Below, piece after piece: positions 21,744 through 30,878 of a DNA stretch of 64,000 nucleotides. The notes below the pieces were generated by a model. It saw only the letters and a program-made list of their open reading frames with translations. It was not told the origin of the DNA and did not search any database. This DNA comes from Clostridia bacterium (GTDB lineage: Bacteria > Bacillota > Clostridia > RGIG6154): NCBI GenBank assembly GCA_017626145.1, contig JAGAJK010000045.1, positions 3,375 to 67,374 on the forward strand, read 5' to 3'. Numbering within the stretch: position 1 is the first letter of the stretch; each line of letters begins with the position of its first letter. Made by a program: the position numbers and the translations under genes.

Positions 21744-21857
21744 ATGAAAGTTAGACCATCCGTAAAACCTATTTGCGAAAAGTGCAAGGTTATTAAGCGC
21801 AAAGGTAACATTATGGTAATATGTGCAAATCCAAAGCACAAACAGAAACAGGGCTGA
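21744..21857 (+). CDS. rpmJ: 50S ribosomal protein L36 (zinc form)
   Basis: Absent from the ORF track because it is under 60 aa. My translation is [37 protein letters not shown], with GGAGGT 6 nt upstream and a TGA stop at 21855-21857. Confidence 0.93.
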   Translation: MKVRPSVKPICEKCKVIKRKGNIMVICANPKHKQKQG

Positions 21858-21876
21858 TAAAGGAGGTGCGAACTAA

Positions 21877-22245
21877 ATGGCAAGAATAGCAGGTGTTGAT
21901 TTACCCCGTGAAAAGCGTGTAGAAATCGGTTTAACCTATATCTACGGTATCGGTATTAACCTTTCTAAGCAGATTTTACAGGAAACAGGTATTAATCCTG
22001 ACACAAGAGTTAAAGATTTAACAGAAGAAGAAATTTCAAAGCTTCGTGACGCTATTGATAATGGTTACACAGTAGAAGGTGACCTTAGAAGAAAAGTCGC
22101 ACTCGACATTAAGCGTCTTATGGAAATCGGCTGCTACAGAGGTCTTAGACACAGAAAAGGTCTCCCATGCAGAGGTCAGAGAACAAAGACAAATGCAAGA
22201 ACAAGAAAAGGTCCTAAGAAGACTATGGCAAATAAGAAGAAGTAA
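21877..22245 (+). CDS. rpsM: 30S ribosomal protein S13
   Basis: 122 aa ([15 protein letters not shown]). Confidence 0.97.
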   Translation: MARIAGVDLPREKRVEIGLTYIYGIGINLSKQILQETGINPDTRVKDLTEEEISKLRDAIDNGYTVEGDLRRKVALDIKRLMEIGCYRGLRHRKGLPCRGQRTKTNARTRKGPKKTMANKKK

Positions 22246-22260
22246 AGGAGGCGTTTTCAG

Positions 22261-22656
22261 ATGGCAAAGACAACTGGCAAAACAGTCAGAAGAAGAAAAG
22301 AAAAAAAGCACATTGAAAAAGGTGCGGTTCATATTAACTCAACCTTTAACAATACAATTGTTACAATTACCGATGTTAACGGTAATGCAATTTCATGGGC
22401 TAGTGCCGGCGAATTAGGTTTTAAGGGCTCAAAGAAATCAACTCCTTTTGCTGCACAGATGGCTGCTGAAACAGCTGCAAAGGCTGCTCAGGAGCACGGT
22501 CTTAAGAGCGTTGAAGTTTATGTAAAGGGACCTGGTGCAGGTAGAGAAGCTGCAATCAGAGCTCTTCAGGCAGTAGGCTTGGAAGTTGATATGATTAAAG
22601 ATGTAACTCCTATTCCTCACAACGGTTGCAGACCGCCAAAGAGAAGAAGAGTTTGA
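22261..22656 (+). CDS. rpsK: 30S ribosomal protein S11
   Basis: 131 aa ([15 protein letters not shown] ... [13 protein letters not shown]). Confidence 0.97.
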   Translation: MAKTTGKTVRRRKEKKHIEKGAVHINSTFNNTIVTITDVNGNAISWASAGELGFKGSKKSTPFAAQMAAETAAKAAQEHGLKSVEVYVKGPGAGREAAIRALQAVGLEVDMIKDVTPIPHNGCRPPKRRRV

Positions 22657-22715
22657 TTTAATTTCAAATCTGTATTATTACAGTATGTAAATTTAAAAAC
22701 GGAGGTAAAGTTAAT

Positions 22716-23342
22716 ATGGCAAGATATACAGGTGCTGTATGCAGACTCTGCAGACGTGAAGGCATGAAGCTTTTCCTTAAGGGCGATCGTTGCTACTCAG
22801 ATAAGTGCAGTCTTTCTCAGAGACAGTATGCTCCGGGTCAGCATGGACAGGGCAGAAAGAAACTCTCTGAATACGGACTTCAGTTGAGAGAAAAGCAGAA
22901 AGCTAAACGTTATTACGGCGTATTAGAAAAGCAGTTCAGACATTATTTTGAACTTGCTGAAAAGAAGCAGGGTATCACCGGTGAAAACTTACTTGGTATC
23001 CTTGAAACAAGACTTGATAACGTAGCTTACAGATTAGGTTTTGGTACATCACGTGCTGAAGCAAGACAGATTGTAAGACACGGTCATGTTACAGTAAACG
23101 GTAGAAGAGTTAACATTCCTTCATATCTTGTTTCTGTAGGCGATGTAATCGCAGTTGCAGAAAAGAGCAAGGGTGCTGACAGCATGAAAGCAATCCTCGA
23201 ATCAACATCAGGAAAAGCAACTCCAAAGTGGCTTGACCTTAATAAGGATACAGCTGAAGCTAAGGTTATCGCTGCTCCTGCAAGAGATGATATTGACATC
23301 GAAATTGCAGAACACTTAATCGTTGAATTGTATTCTAAGTAA
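22716..23342 (+). CDS. rpsD: 30S ribosomal protein S4
   Basis: 208 aa ([16 protein letters not shown], zinc-finger form). Confidence 0.97.
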   Translation: MARYTGAVCRLCRREGMKLFLKGDRCYSDKCSLSQRQYAPGQHGQGRKKLSEYGLQLREKQKAKRYYGVLEKQFRHYFELAEKKQGITGENLLGILETRLDNVAYRLGFGTSRAEARQIVRHGHVTVNGRRVNIPSYLVSVGDVIAVAEKSKGADSMKAILESTSGKATPKWLDLNKDTAEAKVIAAPARDDIDIEIAEHLIVELYSK

Positions 23343-23422
23343 TATATAAATTTAGAATTTAGAAGATTAAGTAAGAGAACGTTCCTGCCCAAAAGGTGGG
23401 TGATAGGAGGGTTATTTTGAAT

Positions 23423-24370
23423 ATGTTAGAAATGCAAAAACCAAAGATTGAGTGTGTCGAATTATCTGAAGACGGTTCATACGGCAGATTTGTCGTAGAA
23501 CCACTCGAAAGAGGTTACGGACTTACAATCGGTAATTCACTCAGAAGAACATTACTTTCGTCTCTTCCGGGTGCGGCAGTATCATATATAAAGATTGATG
23601 GTATCGAACATGAATTTACATCGGTTCCCGGTGTAAAGGAAGATGTTGTAGAAATCATTCTTAACATAAAGGATTTGCACGTAAAATTACATGAGCCGGG
23701 ACCAAAGGTTGTTCGCATTGAAGCTGCCGGTAAATGTGAAGTTACAGCTGCAGACATCATTATTGATGACACAGTTGAAATTTTAAATCCTGAACTGCAC
23801 ATAGCAACTTTAAATGAAGATGCTAAGCTTAATATGGAAATTACAATTACTTCAGGCAGAGGCTATGTTTCAGCGGATAAGAACCGTGCAGAGAATACTA
23901 TAATAGGTATTCTTCCCGTAGATTCAATTTATACACCGATTACCAAGGTAAATTATCAGGTAGAAAATACCAGAGTAGGTCAGGTTACAGACTACGACAA
24001 ATTAACCGTGGATGTATGGACCAACGGAACAATTGAACCTGATAAAGCAGTAAGTCTTGCTGCTCAGATTCTTATTGAACATTTAAAATTATTCCTTGAC
24101 CTTTCAGACGGTGCTATGCATACAGAAGTATTAGTTAGCAAGCCTGATTCAAAGAAGGAAAAGGTAATGGAAATGACAATCGAAGAGCTCGATTTGTCAG
24201 TTCGTTCATACAACTGTCTCAAACGTGCAGGTGTTAACACAGTTGAAGACCTTGCTGAAAAGACAGAAGAAGATATGATGAGAGTAAGAAACCTTGGCAG
24301 AAAATCTCTTGAAGAAGTCTTGAATAAGATGGAAAGTCTTGGTTTATCTCTGAGAAGAGAAGAAGAATAA
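23423..24370 (+). CDS. rpoA: DNA-directed RNA polymerase subunit alpha
   Basis: Contains [17 protein letters not shown] and a C-terminal [15 protein letters not shown]. Start trimmed from 23396 to the ATG at 23423. Confidence 0.97.
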   Translation: MLEMQKPKIECVELSEDGSYGRFVVEPLERGYGLTIGNSLRRTLLSSLPGAAVSYIKIDGIEHEFTSVPGVKEDVVEIILNIKDLHVKLHEPGPKVVRIEAAGKCEVTAADIIIDDTVEILNPELHIATLNEDAKLNMEITITSGRGYVSADKNRAENTIIGILPVDSIYTPITKVNYQVENTRVGQVTDYDKLTVDVWTNGTIEPDKAVSLAAQILIEHLKLFLDLSDGAMHTEVLVSKPDSKKEKVMEMTIEELDLSVRSYNCLKRAGVNTVEDLAEKTEEDMMRVRNLGRKSLEEVLNKMESLGLSLRREEE

Positions 24371-24404
24371 AACTTATTACCTTATACGAAAGGGAGGTAT
24401 AAAG

Positions 24405-24746
24405 ATGCCGGGTACAAGAAAGCTTGGTCGTGCTACAGACCACAGAAGAGCTATGCTCAGAAATCTTACAACTTCATTACTCGAAAACGGCAAAATGGTT
24501 ACAACAGAAACCAGAGCTAAAGAAGTAAGATGCATGGCAGAAAAGATGATTACTTTAGGCAAGAAGAACACACTTCACACAAGAAGACAGGCTCTTGCTT
24601 ACATCACAAAAGAAGATGTAGTAGTTAAATTATTTAATGAAATTGCACCAAAGTATGCAGACAGAAACGGCGGTTATACAAGAATTATTAAAATGGCGCC
24701 AAGAAGAGGCGACGGTGCATCACAGGCAATTATTGAATTAGTTTAA
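24405..24746 (+). CDS. rplQ: 50S ribosomal protein L17
   Basis: 113 aa ([16 protein letters not shown]). Last gene of the alpha operon. Confidence 0.96.
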   Translation: MPGTRKLGRATDHRRAMLRNLTTSLLENGKMVTTETRAKEVRCMAEKMITLGKKNTLHTRRQALAYITKEDVVVKLFNEIAPKYADRNGGYTRIIKMAPRRGDGASQAIIELV

Positions 24747-24768
24747 TTCTTTAGTCTGTACAATAATA

Positions 24769-24804
24769 GCAGAGATTTTGCCTTAGTGCAAATCTCTGCT
24801 TTTT
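24769..24804 (+). terminator. intrinsic terminator after rplQ
   Basis: GCAGAGATTT (24769-24778), an 11-nt loop, AAATCTCTGC (24790-24799), then T5. Confidence 0.8.
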
Positions 24805-24838
24805 AAATTTAAGGATGAAAACAACAGGGAGGGATAAA

Positions 24839-25573
24839 ATGCTTAGTCAGTTTTCCAGAACAGAATTAATGTTCGGTAAAGATTCAACCCAAAAGCTTAA
24901 AGAATGTCGAGTGGCAGTATTTGGAATAGGCGGTGTAGGTGGAACAGTTGTAGAAAGCTTAGCACGAAGCGGAGTAGGAACAATTGATATAATTGATAAT
25001 GATACCGTTTCGCTTACCAACATTAACCGTCAGATTATAGCACTCAACAGCAATGTAGGAAAGTTCAAGGTTGACGTAATGGAGGAAAGAATTAAGGATA
25101 TTTGTCCCGATATTACCGTTAATAAATATAAATGCTTCTTTTTACCTGAAACCTCTGCAGAGTTTGATTTTTCTGTGTACGATTATGTTGTTGATGCCAT
25201 AGATACGGTTAAGGGTAAAATCGAAATAGTGGAAAAAGCAAAGCAGGCGGGAGCCAGGGTAATCTGTGCTATGGGTGCAGGAAACAAAACAGACCCGACC
25301 AAATTTGAAGTGACAGATATTTATAAAACTCATACCTGTCCATTGGCAAAGGTTATGAGAAGTGAACTGAAAAAACGTGATATAGAAAGCCTTAAGGTTG
25401 TATATTCTACTGAAAAGGCTGTTGAACCGGATGTGGCAGCATTGGATGAGTTTCTGAACGAGGAGGGTGCTTCAAAAAGAAGTGTTCCGGGTTCAAATCC
25501 CTTTGTTCCACCGGTATGCGGGTATATTATAGCAGGTGAAGTTATCAAAGATTTAATCGGGAAGGAATTTTAG
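24839..25573 (+). CDS. tcdA: ThiF/HesA-family adenylyltransferase, tRNA threonylcarbamoyladenosine dehydratase-like
   Basis: GIGGVGGTVVESLARSGVG Rossmann motif and NINRQ. ATG at 24839 behind GGGAGGG. The only TAG-terminated CDS I found in the window. Confidence 0.75.
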   Translation: MLSQFSRTELMFGKDSTQKLKECRVAVFGIGGVGGTVVESLARSGVGTIDIIDNDTVSLTNINRQIIALNSNVGKFKVDVMEERIKDICPDITVNKYKCFFLPETSAEFDFSVYDYVVDAIDTVKGKIEIVEKAKQAGARVICAMGAGNKTDPTKFEVTDIYKTHTCPLAKVMRSELKKRDIESLKVVYSTEKAVEPDVAALDEFLNEEGASKRSVPGSNPFVPPVCGYIIAGEVIKDLIGKEF

Positions 25574-25575
25574 TT

Positions 25576-26640
25576 ATGAGCAAAGCACTTATTGCGATGA
25601 GTGGCGGTATTGATTCTGCGGTTGCAGCATTACTTACAAAAAATAAAGGCTTTGAATGTATTGGTGCTACTTTAAGACTTGTTTGTAGCTCTGTTTTCGG
25701 CTTGCCTGCAGAAAATGATGAAAAAGTTGAAAATGATATTGCGGATGCAAAAAAAGTAGCAGAAAGACTTGATATGGTTCATAAAGCATATGACGCCGTT
25801 GACAAATTCAAAAAGTGTGTTGCTGATTATTTTGTGACTGCTTACGAAAAAGGTTTAACACCAAATCCCTGCGTGGTATGTAATAAGCTTATTAAATTCG
25901 GACTTCTGCTTGATATAGCAAAAGAGAATGAATGTGATTACATTGTAACAGGTCATTATGCCCGTATTGAAGAAAAAGATGGCAGATTTTTACTAAAGAA
26001 GGCTGTTGATGAAACAAAGGATCAGAGTTATTTTTTATATACTCTCTCTCAGTATCAGCTGGCACATTCATTATTTCCCTTGGGAGAAATGACAAAAGAA
26101 GAAGCAAGACTTTTAGCAGAGGAAAATGGGTTTGTGAATGCACGTAAGCGTGATAGCCAGGATATTTGTTTTGTACCTGATGGCGAATACGTAAATATAA
26201 TAGAGCACCTTACGGGGAAAAGCTATCCCGAAGGCGAATTCATTTCTCTTGACGGTAAATGCCTCGGAACACATAAGGGAATAATCCGATATACAGTCGG
26301 CCAAAGAAAAGGTCTTGGCATTTCTCTGTCAAAGCCTGCTTATGTAGTAGAAAAGAATGTGACGGATAATACTGTGGTTCTTGGTGATAATGAGGATCTA
26401 TTTACAGATACTCTGAGAACAGAAAGCTTCAATTGGATTATGTTTGATACACCACAGTCCAAAATTCGTGCGAAGGTAAAAATTCGTTATAATCATAAGG
26501 CTCAGTGGGCAACGGTTACCGCTTTAAATAATGGTGGTGTGGAGATTAAATTTGATGAGCCACAGCGTGCAATTGCAAAAGGACAGTCGGCAGTAGCATA
26601 TGACGGTGAATATGTTATAGGCGGTGGAATAATTATATAA
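25576..26640 (+). CDS. mnmA: tRNA 2-thiouridine(34) synthase
   Basis: 354 aa (AMSGGIDSAVAA PP-loop, TPNPCVVCN, KDQSYFL). Confidence 0.9.
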   Translation: MSKALIAMSGGIDSAVAALLTKNKGFECIGATLRLVCSSVFGLPAENDEKVENDIADAKKVAERLDMVHKAYDAVDKFKKCVADYFVTAYEKGLTPNPCVVCNKLIKFGLLLDIAKENECDYIVTGHYARIEEKDGRFLLKKAVDETKDQSYFLYTLSQYQLAHSLFPLGEMTKEEARLLAEENGFVNARKRDSQDICFVPDGEYVNIIEHLTGKSYPEGEFISLDGKCLGTHKGIIRYTVGQRKGLGISLSKPAYVVEKNVTDNTVVLGDNEDLFTDTLRTESFNWIMFDTPQSKIRAKVKIRYNHKAQWATVTALNNGGVEIKFDEPQRAIAKGQSAVAYDGEYVIGGGIII

Positions 26641-26645
26641 AACTG

Positions 26646-26674
26646 TTGCATTGAAAAGAAAATAGTGTTACAAT
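26646..26674 (+). promoter_or_regulatory. sigma-A type promoter upstream of the YitT-family gene
   Basis: TTGCAT, a 17-nt spacer, then TACAAT. Confidence 0.55.
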
Positions 26675-26676
26675 AT

Positions 26677-26716
26677 GAGTTACGGAATCTGTCAGATTTC
26701 GTAACTCATGTTTTTA
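26677..26716 (+). promoter_or_regulatory. leader hairpin followed by a T-run (possible attenuator or 5' stabiliser)
   Basis: GAGTTACGGAATC...GATTTCGTAACTC forms a roughly 13-bp stem with one G-U pair. It is followed by ATGTTTTT, 15 nt before the start codon. Confidence 0.35.
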
Positions 26717-26730
26717 TAAAGAGGCGTAAT

Positions 26731-27573
26731 ATGAAAAAGACTAAAAATTTTTTAATGATGACTTCAGGCAGTTTACTTCTCGCTATGGGAGTGTACTTTT
26801 TCAAGATACCTAACGGATTTTCAACCGGTGGTGTATCGGGTATAGGTACAATTTTAGGTAAGCTTATACCTTTTATTTCTTCGGGTCTCTGGATCTGGAT
26901 TCTTAACATTTTGTTACTTATTCTGGGTGTTTTATTCTTAGGTAAGGATGCTATAGTAAAAACCATCTATTGCAGTATGCTTTATTCAGCGCTTACATAT
27001 GTTTTTGAATTTGCATTTCCTCTTTCACAGCCTCTTTCGGATCAACCGCTTTTAGAGCTTATATATGCAATGCTTTTAACGTCTATTGGTTCAGCAATGA
27101 TTTTCAACAGCGACGCATCGGCAGGCGGTACCGATATAACTGCTCTTATACTTAAAAAATACACAAGCCTTGACGTAGGAAAATCACTTCTGGTAGTGGA
27201 TTTTGTGGTTGCGGCAAGCTCATTTTTCGTATTTGGAATTGAAATAGGATTATTTTCTCTTCTTGGTCTTTTTGCTAAAGCTTTCATCGTCGACAGCGTG
27301 ATAGAAAGCTTTAACACCTGTAAGTATTTTATTGTAATCACTTCAAAACGTGAAGAAATATCTGAATTTATTATTAAAAATCTCCATCACGGCGTAACTG
27401 TAAGCAGTGTAATAGGTGAATATACCAAGGAAGAAAAAACAATGATTCATACTGTCTGCAAAAGAATCGAGGCTATAAAGCTCCGTAACAGAATAAAAGA
27501 AATCGATTCCCACGCCTTTATCATTATAACAACAAGCACGGAAATTATAGGCAGAGGCTTCAGAAGTGTCTGA
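26731..27573 (+). CDS. YitT family membrane protein (DUF2179 C-terminal domain)
   Basis: N-terminal TM helices (FKIPNGFSTGGVSGIG) and a soluble C-terminal domain. Start trimmed from 26665 to the ATG at 26731. Confidence 0.75.
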   Translation: MKKTKNFLMMTSGSLLLAMGVYFFKIPNGFSTGGVSGIGTILGKLIPFISSGLWIWILNILLLILGVLFLGKDAIVKTIYCSMLYSALTYVFEFAFPLSQPLSDQPLLELIYAMLLTSIGSAMIFNSDASAGGTDITALILKKYTSLDVGKSLLVVDFVVAASSFFVFGIEIGLFSLLGLFAKAFIVDSVIESFNTCKYFIVITSKREEISEFIIKNLHHGVTVSSVIGEYTKEEKTMIHTVCKRIEAIKLRNRIKEIDSHAFIIITTSTEIIGRGFRSV

Positions 27574-27642
27574 TATTGAAAATATAAATGAAAATGTGTT
27601 TTAATATGAAGTCATTCGATTATATCAAAGGGAGGAATACAG

Positions 27643-28206
27643 ATGAAAAATTTTATTGTTAAAAAGATAGGAATATTAATTATTGCCACAATGCTTGGTA
27701 TTTTATCGGTAACAGTATGTGCTCATCCGGGACGAACTGATGCTAAGGGTGGACATGAGGTAAAAACAGATGGCTGGGGGTATGAGGTTGGTACATACCA
27801 CTATCACGACAAGAAATATGAAAATATTGTTCCTGTAGATAAAAATACAGGTAAACCAACAGAAATAACGGTTATTGTAAAAGGGGAAAATATATTATTC
27901 GATCAAAAGCCTGTTGTAATTGACGGCAGAACGCTTGTTCCGGTAAGATTTGTTGTGGAAAAATTAGGTTATAACGTGGAGTGGGATGAAAGTACTCAAA
28001 CAGTATACATAAAAAATAGTGCAATGGAAAATATGACTGTAGAAGGAGACGACATCAAAGTTTTAGTTAATAACGAATTGATACATTTTGATGTTTCTCC
28101 TGTTATTATCAATGGAAGAACTTTAATACCTATTCGAGCTGTTGTGGAAAAAATGGGATGTGAAGTAGATTGGGACGGAGATTTACAGGTAGTATATGTA
28201 GAATGA
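27643..28206 (+). CDS. secreted protein with a YHYH motif and two copper amine oxidase N-terminal-like (stalk) domains
   Basis: Signal peptide, then HPGRTDAKGGH...YHYH. Two repeats of the form (V/L)IDGRTL(V/I)P(V/I)R(F/A)VVEK(L/M)G. Confidence 0.7.
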   Translation: MKNFIVKKIGILIIATMLGILSVTVCAHPGRTDAKGGHEVKTDGWGYEVGTYHYHDKKYENIVPVDKNTGKPTEITVIVKGENILFDQKPVVIDGRTLVPVRFVVEKLGYNVEWDESTQTVYIKNSAMENMTVEGDDIKVLVNNELIHFDVSPVIINGRTLIPIRAVVEKMGCEVDWDGDLQVVYVE

Positions 28207-28428
28207 TTTTCACTTCTGACTTGATATGACAATATGCGTTGCATAACAACGCATTGATATGAATTCATATCATATCGAGTTTGACCGCAGTGAAAACATA
28301 TCGATTTTACTTGTGCCCTGAGCGAAGTGCCCTTGAGGCATAAAAATATTTAGCAAGCTTCAGTTTGCATATTGACAAAATTATATAATTCAAATTTACT
28401 GACTTTGATAATGTGTAAGGAGAATAAA

Positions 28429-29373
28429 ATGTTTACAGGTATTATGGCAGGCGTTACGTGGGCACTTGAAACAGTTATACTGGGAATTGCATTAGGTATG
28501 ACTCCGTTCATTTCAGGGGTTCACTCCGTGTTTTTGGCACCCTTTGTAAGTACATTTCTTCACGATTCATTTTCTGCCGTATATATGTGGATTATTAATA
28601 TTTTAAGAGGCGAAATCAAGAATGTTCTCAGTATTTTTAAGAGTAAAAATGTTCTGTGGCTCGTTTTGGCTTCTGCAATCGGCGGACCTGTTGGAATGAC
28701 GGGTTATGTTCTTGCAGTGAATTATATGGGTTCTTCCGTAGGTGCTGTAGCAAGTGCGGTTTATCCGGCTATAGGAAGCGTACTGGCATATTTCTTTTTA
28801 AAAGAAAAAATAAAATGGTATCAGTGGATATTTCTTATTATGACGTTGGCGGGAGTTTTCGGTCTAAGCTATTCACCCGATCTTAACGTGAAAAACTTCT
28901 GGCTTGGGCTTTTAGGTGCATTTATGTGTGCCTTCGGATGGGGAATAGAGGGAGTTATTCTTTCAAAATGCTTTAAAGATAACAGTTTTAAGAGTGAATA
29001 TGCCCTTCAGATTCGTCAAAGCGTTTCCGCACTTATTTATGGAATAATTATTCTGCCTTGTATAAAAGGCTGGAGTCTGACTGTTGAAATGTTTAATACA
29101 GGAAATGTTAGGACGCTTTTATTTGTTGCCTGTGCCGCACTTTGTGCAACGGTTTCTTATCTGTTTTATTATAAGGCAATAGCAAAATTGGGTGTGTCAA
29201 AAGCAATGGGACTTAATATTACATATACAGCCTGGGCAATTCTGTTTTCGGTGATTTTAATTAAAGATTACAGCATTTTAAATTTTACTACAGTTACCTG
29301 TGCCGTAGTCGTGGTAGTGTGTGGTATCTTCGCAGCAACCGACTTCAAAGAGCTTTTCAAAAAACATAGTTAA
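28429..29373 (+). CDS. DMT/EamA family transporter
   Basis: About 10 TM helices in two EamA-like halves. Start trimmed from 28372 to the ATG behind AAGGAGA. Confidence 0.7.
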   Translation: MFTGIMAGVTWALETVILGIALGMTPFISGVHSVFLAPFVSTFLHDSFSAVYMWIINILRGEIKNVLSIFKSKNVLWLVLASAIGGPVGMTGYVLAVNYMGSSVGAVASAVYPAIGSVLAYFFLKEKIKWYQWIFLIMTLAGVFGLSYSPDLNVKNFWLGLLGAFMCAFGWGIEGVILSKCFKDNSFKSEYALQIRQSVSALIYGIIILPCIKGWSLTVEMFNTGNVRTLLFVACAALCATVSYLFYYKAIAKLGVSKAMGLNITYTAWAILFSVILIKDYSILNFTTVTCAVVVVVCGIFAATDFKELFKKHS

Positions 29374-29435
29374 TTAAGAATTCAGATTGAAATAAATATG
29401 AATCAAGGAAATATTTATAAATAAGGTAAAAAATT

Positions 29436-30227
29436 GTGAAATATTGTGTTGATAACGATTTACATATTCATTCAAAAACATCTTCCTGCTCAAATGACCC
29501 TGAGCAGACAAATGAACGAATTTTGCAATATGCAAAAGAAAACAGGCTTAAAACAATTTGTCTCGCAGACCATTTCTGGGATGAAGCGGTCGATGGGGCT
29601 TCCGAATGGTATAAGCCTCAGAATTTTGAACATATAAGCAAGGCAAAACCATTGCCGCAGGACAAGGAAGTAAGATTTTTATTTGGTTGCGAAACGGAAC
29701 TGGACAAAAACTTAAATCTTGGAATATCGAAAGAAAAATTCGATTTATTTGACTTTATTGTTATTCCGACAACACATTTTCATATGAAATTTACTTTAAC
29801 CGATGAAGATAAGGCAAGCCCTGAAAACAGAGCAAAAGCGTGGGTAAAGAGGCTCGATACGGTACTTAATATGGATTTACCGTTTTACAAAGTCGGTATC
29901 GCACATTTAACCTGTGGTCTTATCGCTCCCTCGCGTGAAGAACTGCTTAATGTGCTTACGTTAATTCCCCAAGAAGAAATGAGGCGTTTATTTAAAAAAG
30001 CTTCATCTGTTGGGGTAGGAATTGAAATAAATTCGGGATGTATGAATTTTACCGACGAAGAAGCGGATGTAATTTTAAAACCATACCGTATCGCCAAAGA
30101 TTGCGGTTGTAAATTCTATCTGGGCAGTGATGCGCATCACCCTTTGAGCCTCGATAATGCAAAAGCAAGACTTGAAAAGGGGATTGAATTGCTCGGACTT
30201 ACCGAAGAAGATAAATTTATCATATAA
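29436..30227 (+). CDS. PHP domain-containing phosphoesterase (HisJ-like)
   Basis: 263 aa (DLHIHS at the N-terminus, GSDAHH near the C-terminus). GTG start. Confidence 0.6.
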   Translation: MKYCVDNDLHIHSKTSSCSNDPEQTNERILQYAKENRLKTICLADHFWDEAVDGASEWYKPQNFEHISKAKPLPQDKEVRFLFGCETELDKNLNLGISKEKFDLFDFIVIPTTHFHMKFTLTDEDKASPENRAKAWVKRLDTVLNMDLPFYKVGIAHLTCGLIAPSREELLNVLTLIPQEEMRRLFKKASSVGVGIEINSGCMNFTDEEADVILKPYRIAKDCGCKFYLGSDAHHPLSLDNAKARLEKGIELLGLTEEDKFII

Positions 30228-30263
30228 CTGTTATTTATTAATAAGGAAAAACAGGAGAGAACT

Positions 30264-30824
30264 ATGCTTTTATATATGATTCGTCACGGAGAGAGTACGG
30301 CGAACGAAAAAAAGCTCCACGCAGGCTGGGCGCAGATTCCTCTTACGATAAAAGGAATAGAAGATGCAAAAACGGCAGGAGAACATTTAAAGGGAATAAG
30401 TTTTGACAAAGTGTATTCAAGTGACCTGCTTCGTGCATTGCAAACAGCAGAATTTGCTTTGCCCGGAATAATAGCAGAAAAGTGTGAGCTGTTAAGAGAA
30501 ATAAGTGTCGGCACCCTTTCGGGAAAAAGTGCAGAGGAATGCTTTAGGCTTTACGGTGAGCAGTATGTAAATGATAAAGCAGTTCACGATTTTACATTCT
30601 GTAACGGTGAAAATCACAGCATGCATTTAGCTCGTGTTAAAACATTTGTTGAAATACTGTCAAAACAGCCCTTTGAAAATGTTGCCGCATTCTGCCACGA
30701 GGGAACAATAAAATGTGCTCTTGAATTAGCAAAAATTGACCCGAAGAGTATTGAATTAAAAAATGGTAGTGTTCTTGTTTTTGAAATAAAGAACACCGAA
30801 TTGAATTATAAATCTAAGTTATGA
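30264..30824 (+). CDS. histidine phosphatase family protein (phosphoglycerate mutase-like)
   Basis: 186 aa. Starts with the MIRHGES catalytic motif and has CHEG later. Confidence 0.8.
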   Translation: MLLYMIRHGESTANEKKLHAGWAQIPLTIKGIEDAKTAGEHLKGISFDKVYSSDLLRALQTAEFALPGIIAEKCELLREISVGTLSGKSAEECFRLYGEQYVNDKAVHDFTFCNGENHSMHLARVKTFVEILSKQPFENVAAFCHEGTIKCALELAKIDPKSIELKNGSVLVFEIKNTELNYKSKL

Positions 30825-30844
30825 AAAATTTACACAAAACTTAT

Positions 30845-30878
30845 AAAAAAAGTGCTGTCTTAAGACAGCACTTTTTTA
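30845..30878. terminator. bidirectional intrinsic terminator
   Basis: A6-AGTGCTGTC-TTAA-GACAGCACT-T5, between convergent stops at 30824 and 30879. Confidence 0.8.

Noticed and set aside
21695-21883. 62-aa minus-strand ORF
   Set aside because: It is antisense to rpmJ (21744..21857), which has a perfect RBS and a conserved L36 sequence.
22079-22417. 112-aa plus-strand ORF spanning the rpsM/rpsK junction
   Set aside because: It is out of frame within two highly conserved r-protein genes. Its Lys/Glu/Gln-rich sequence is a by-product of their codon composition.
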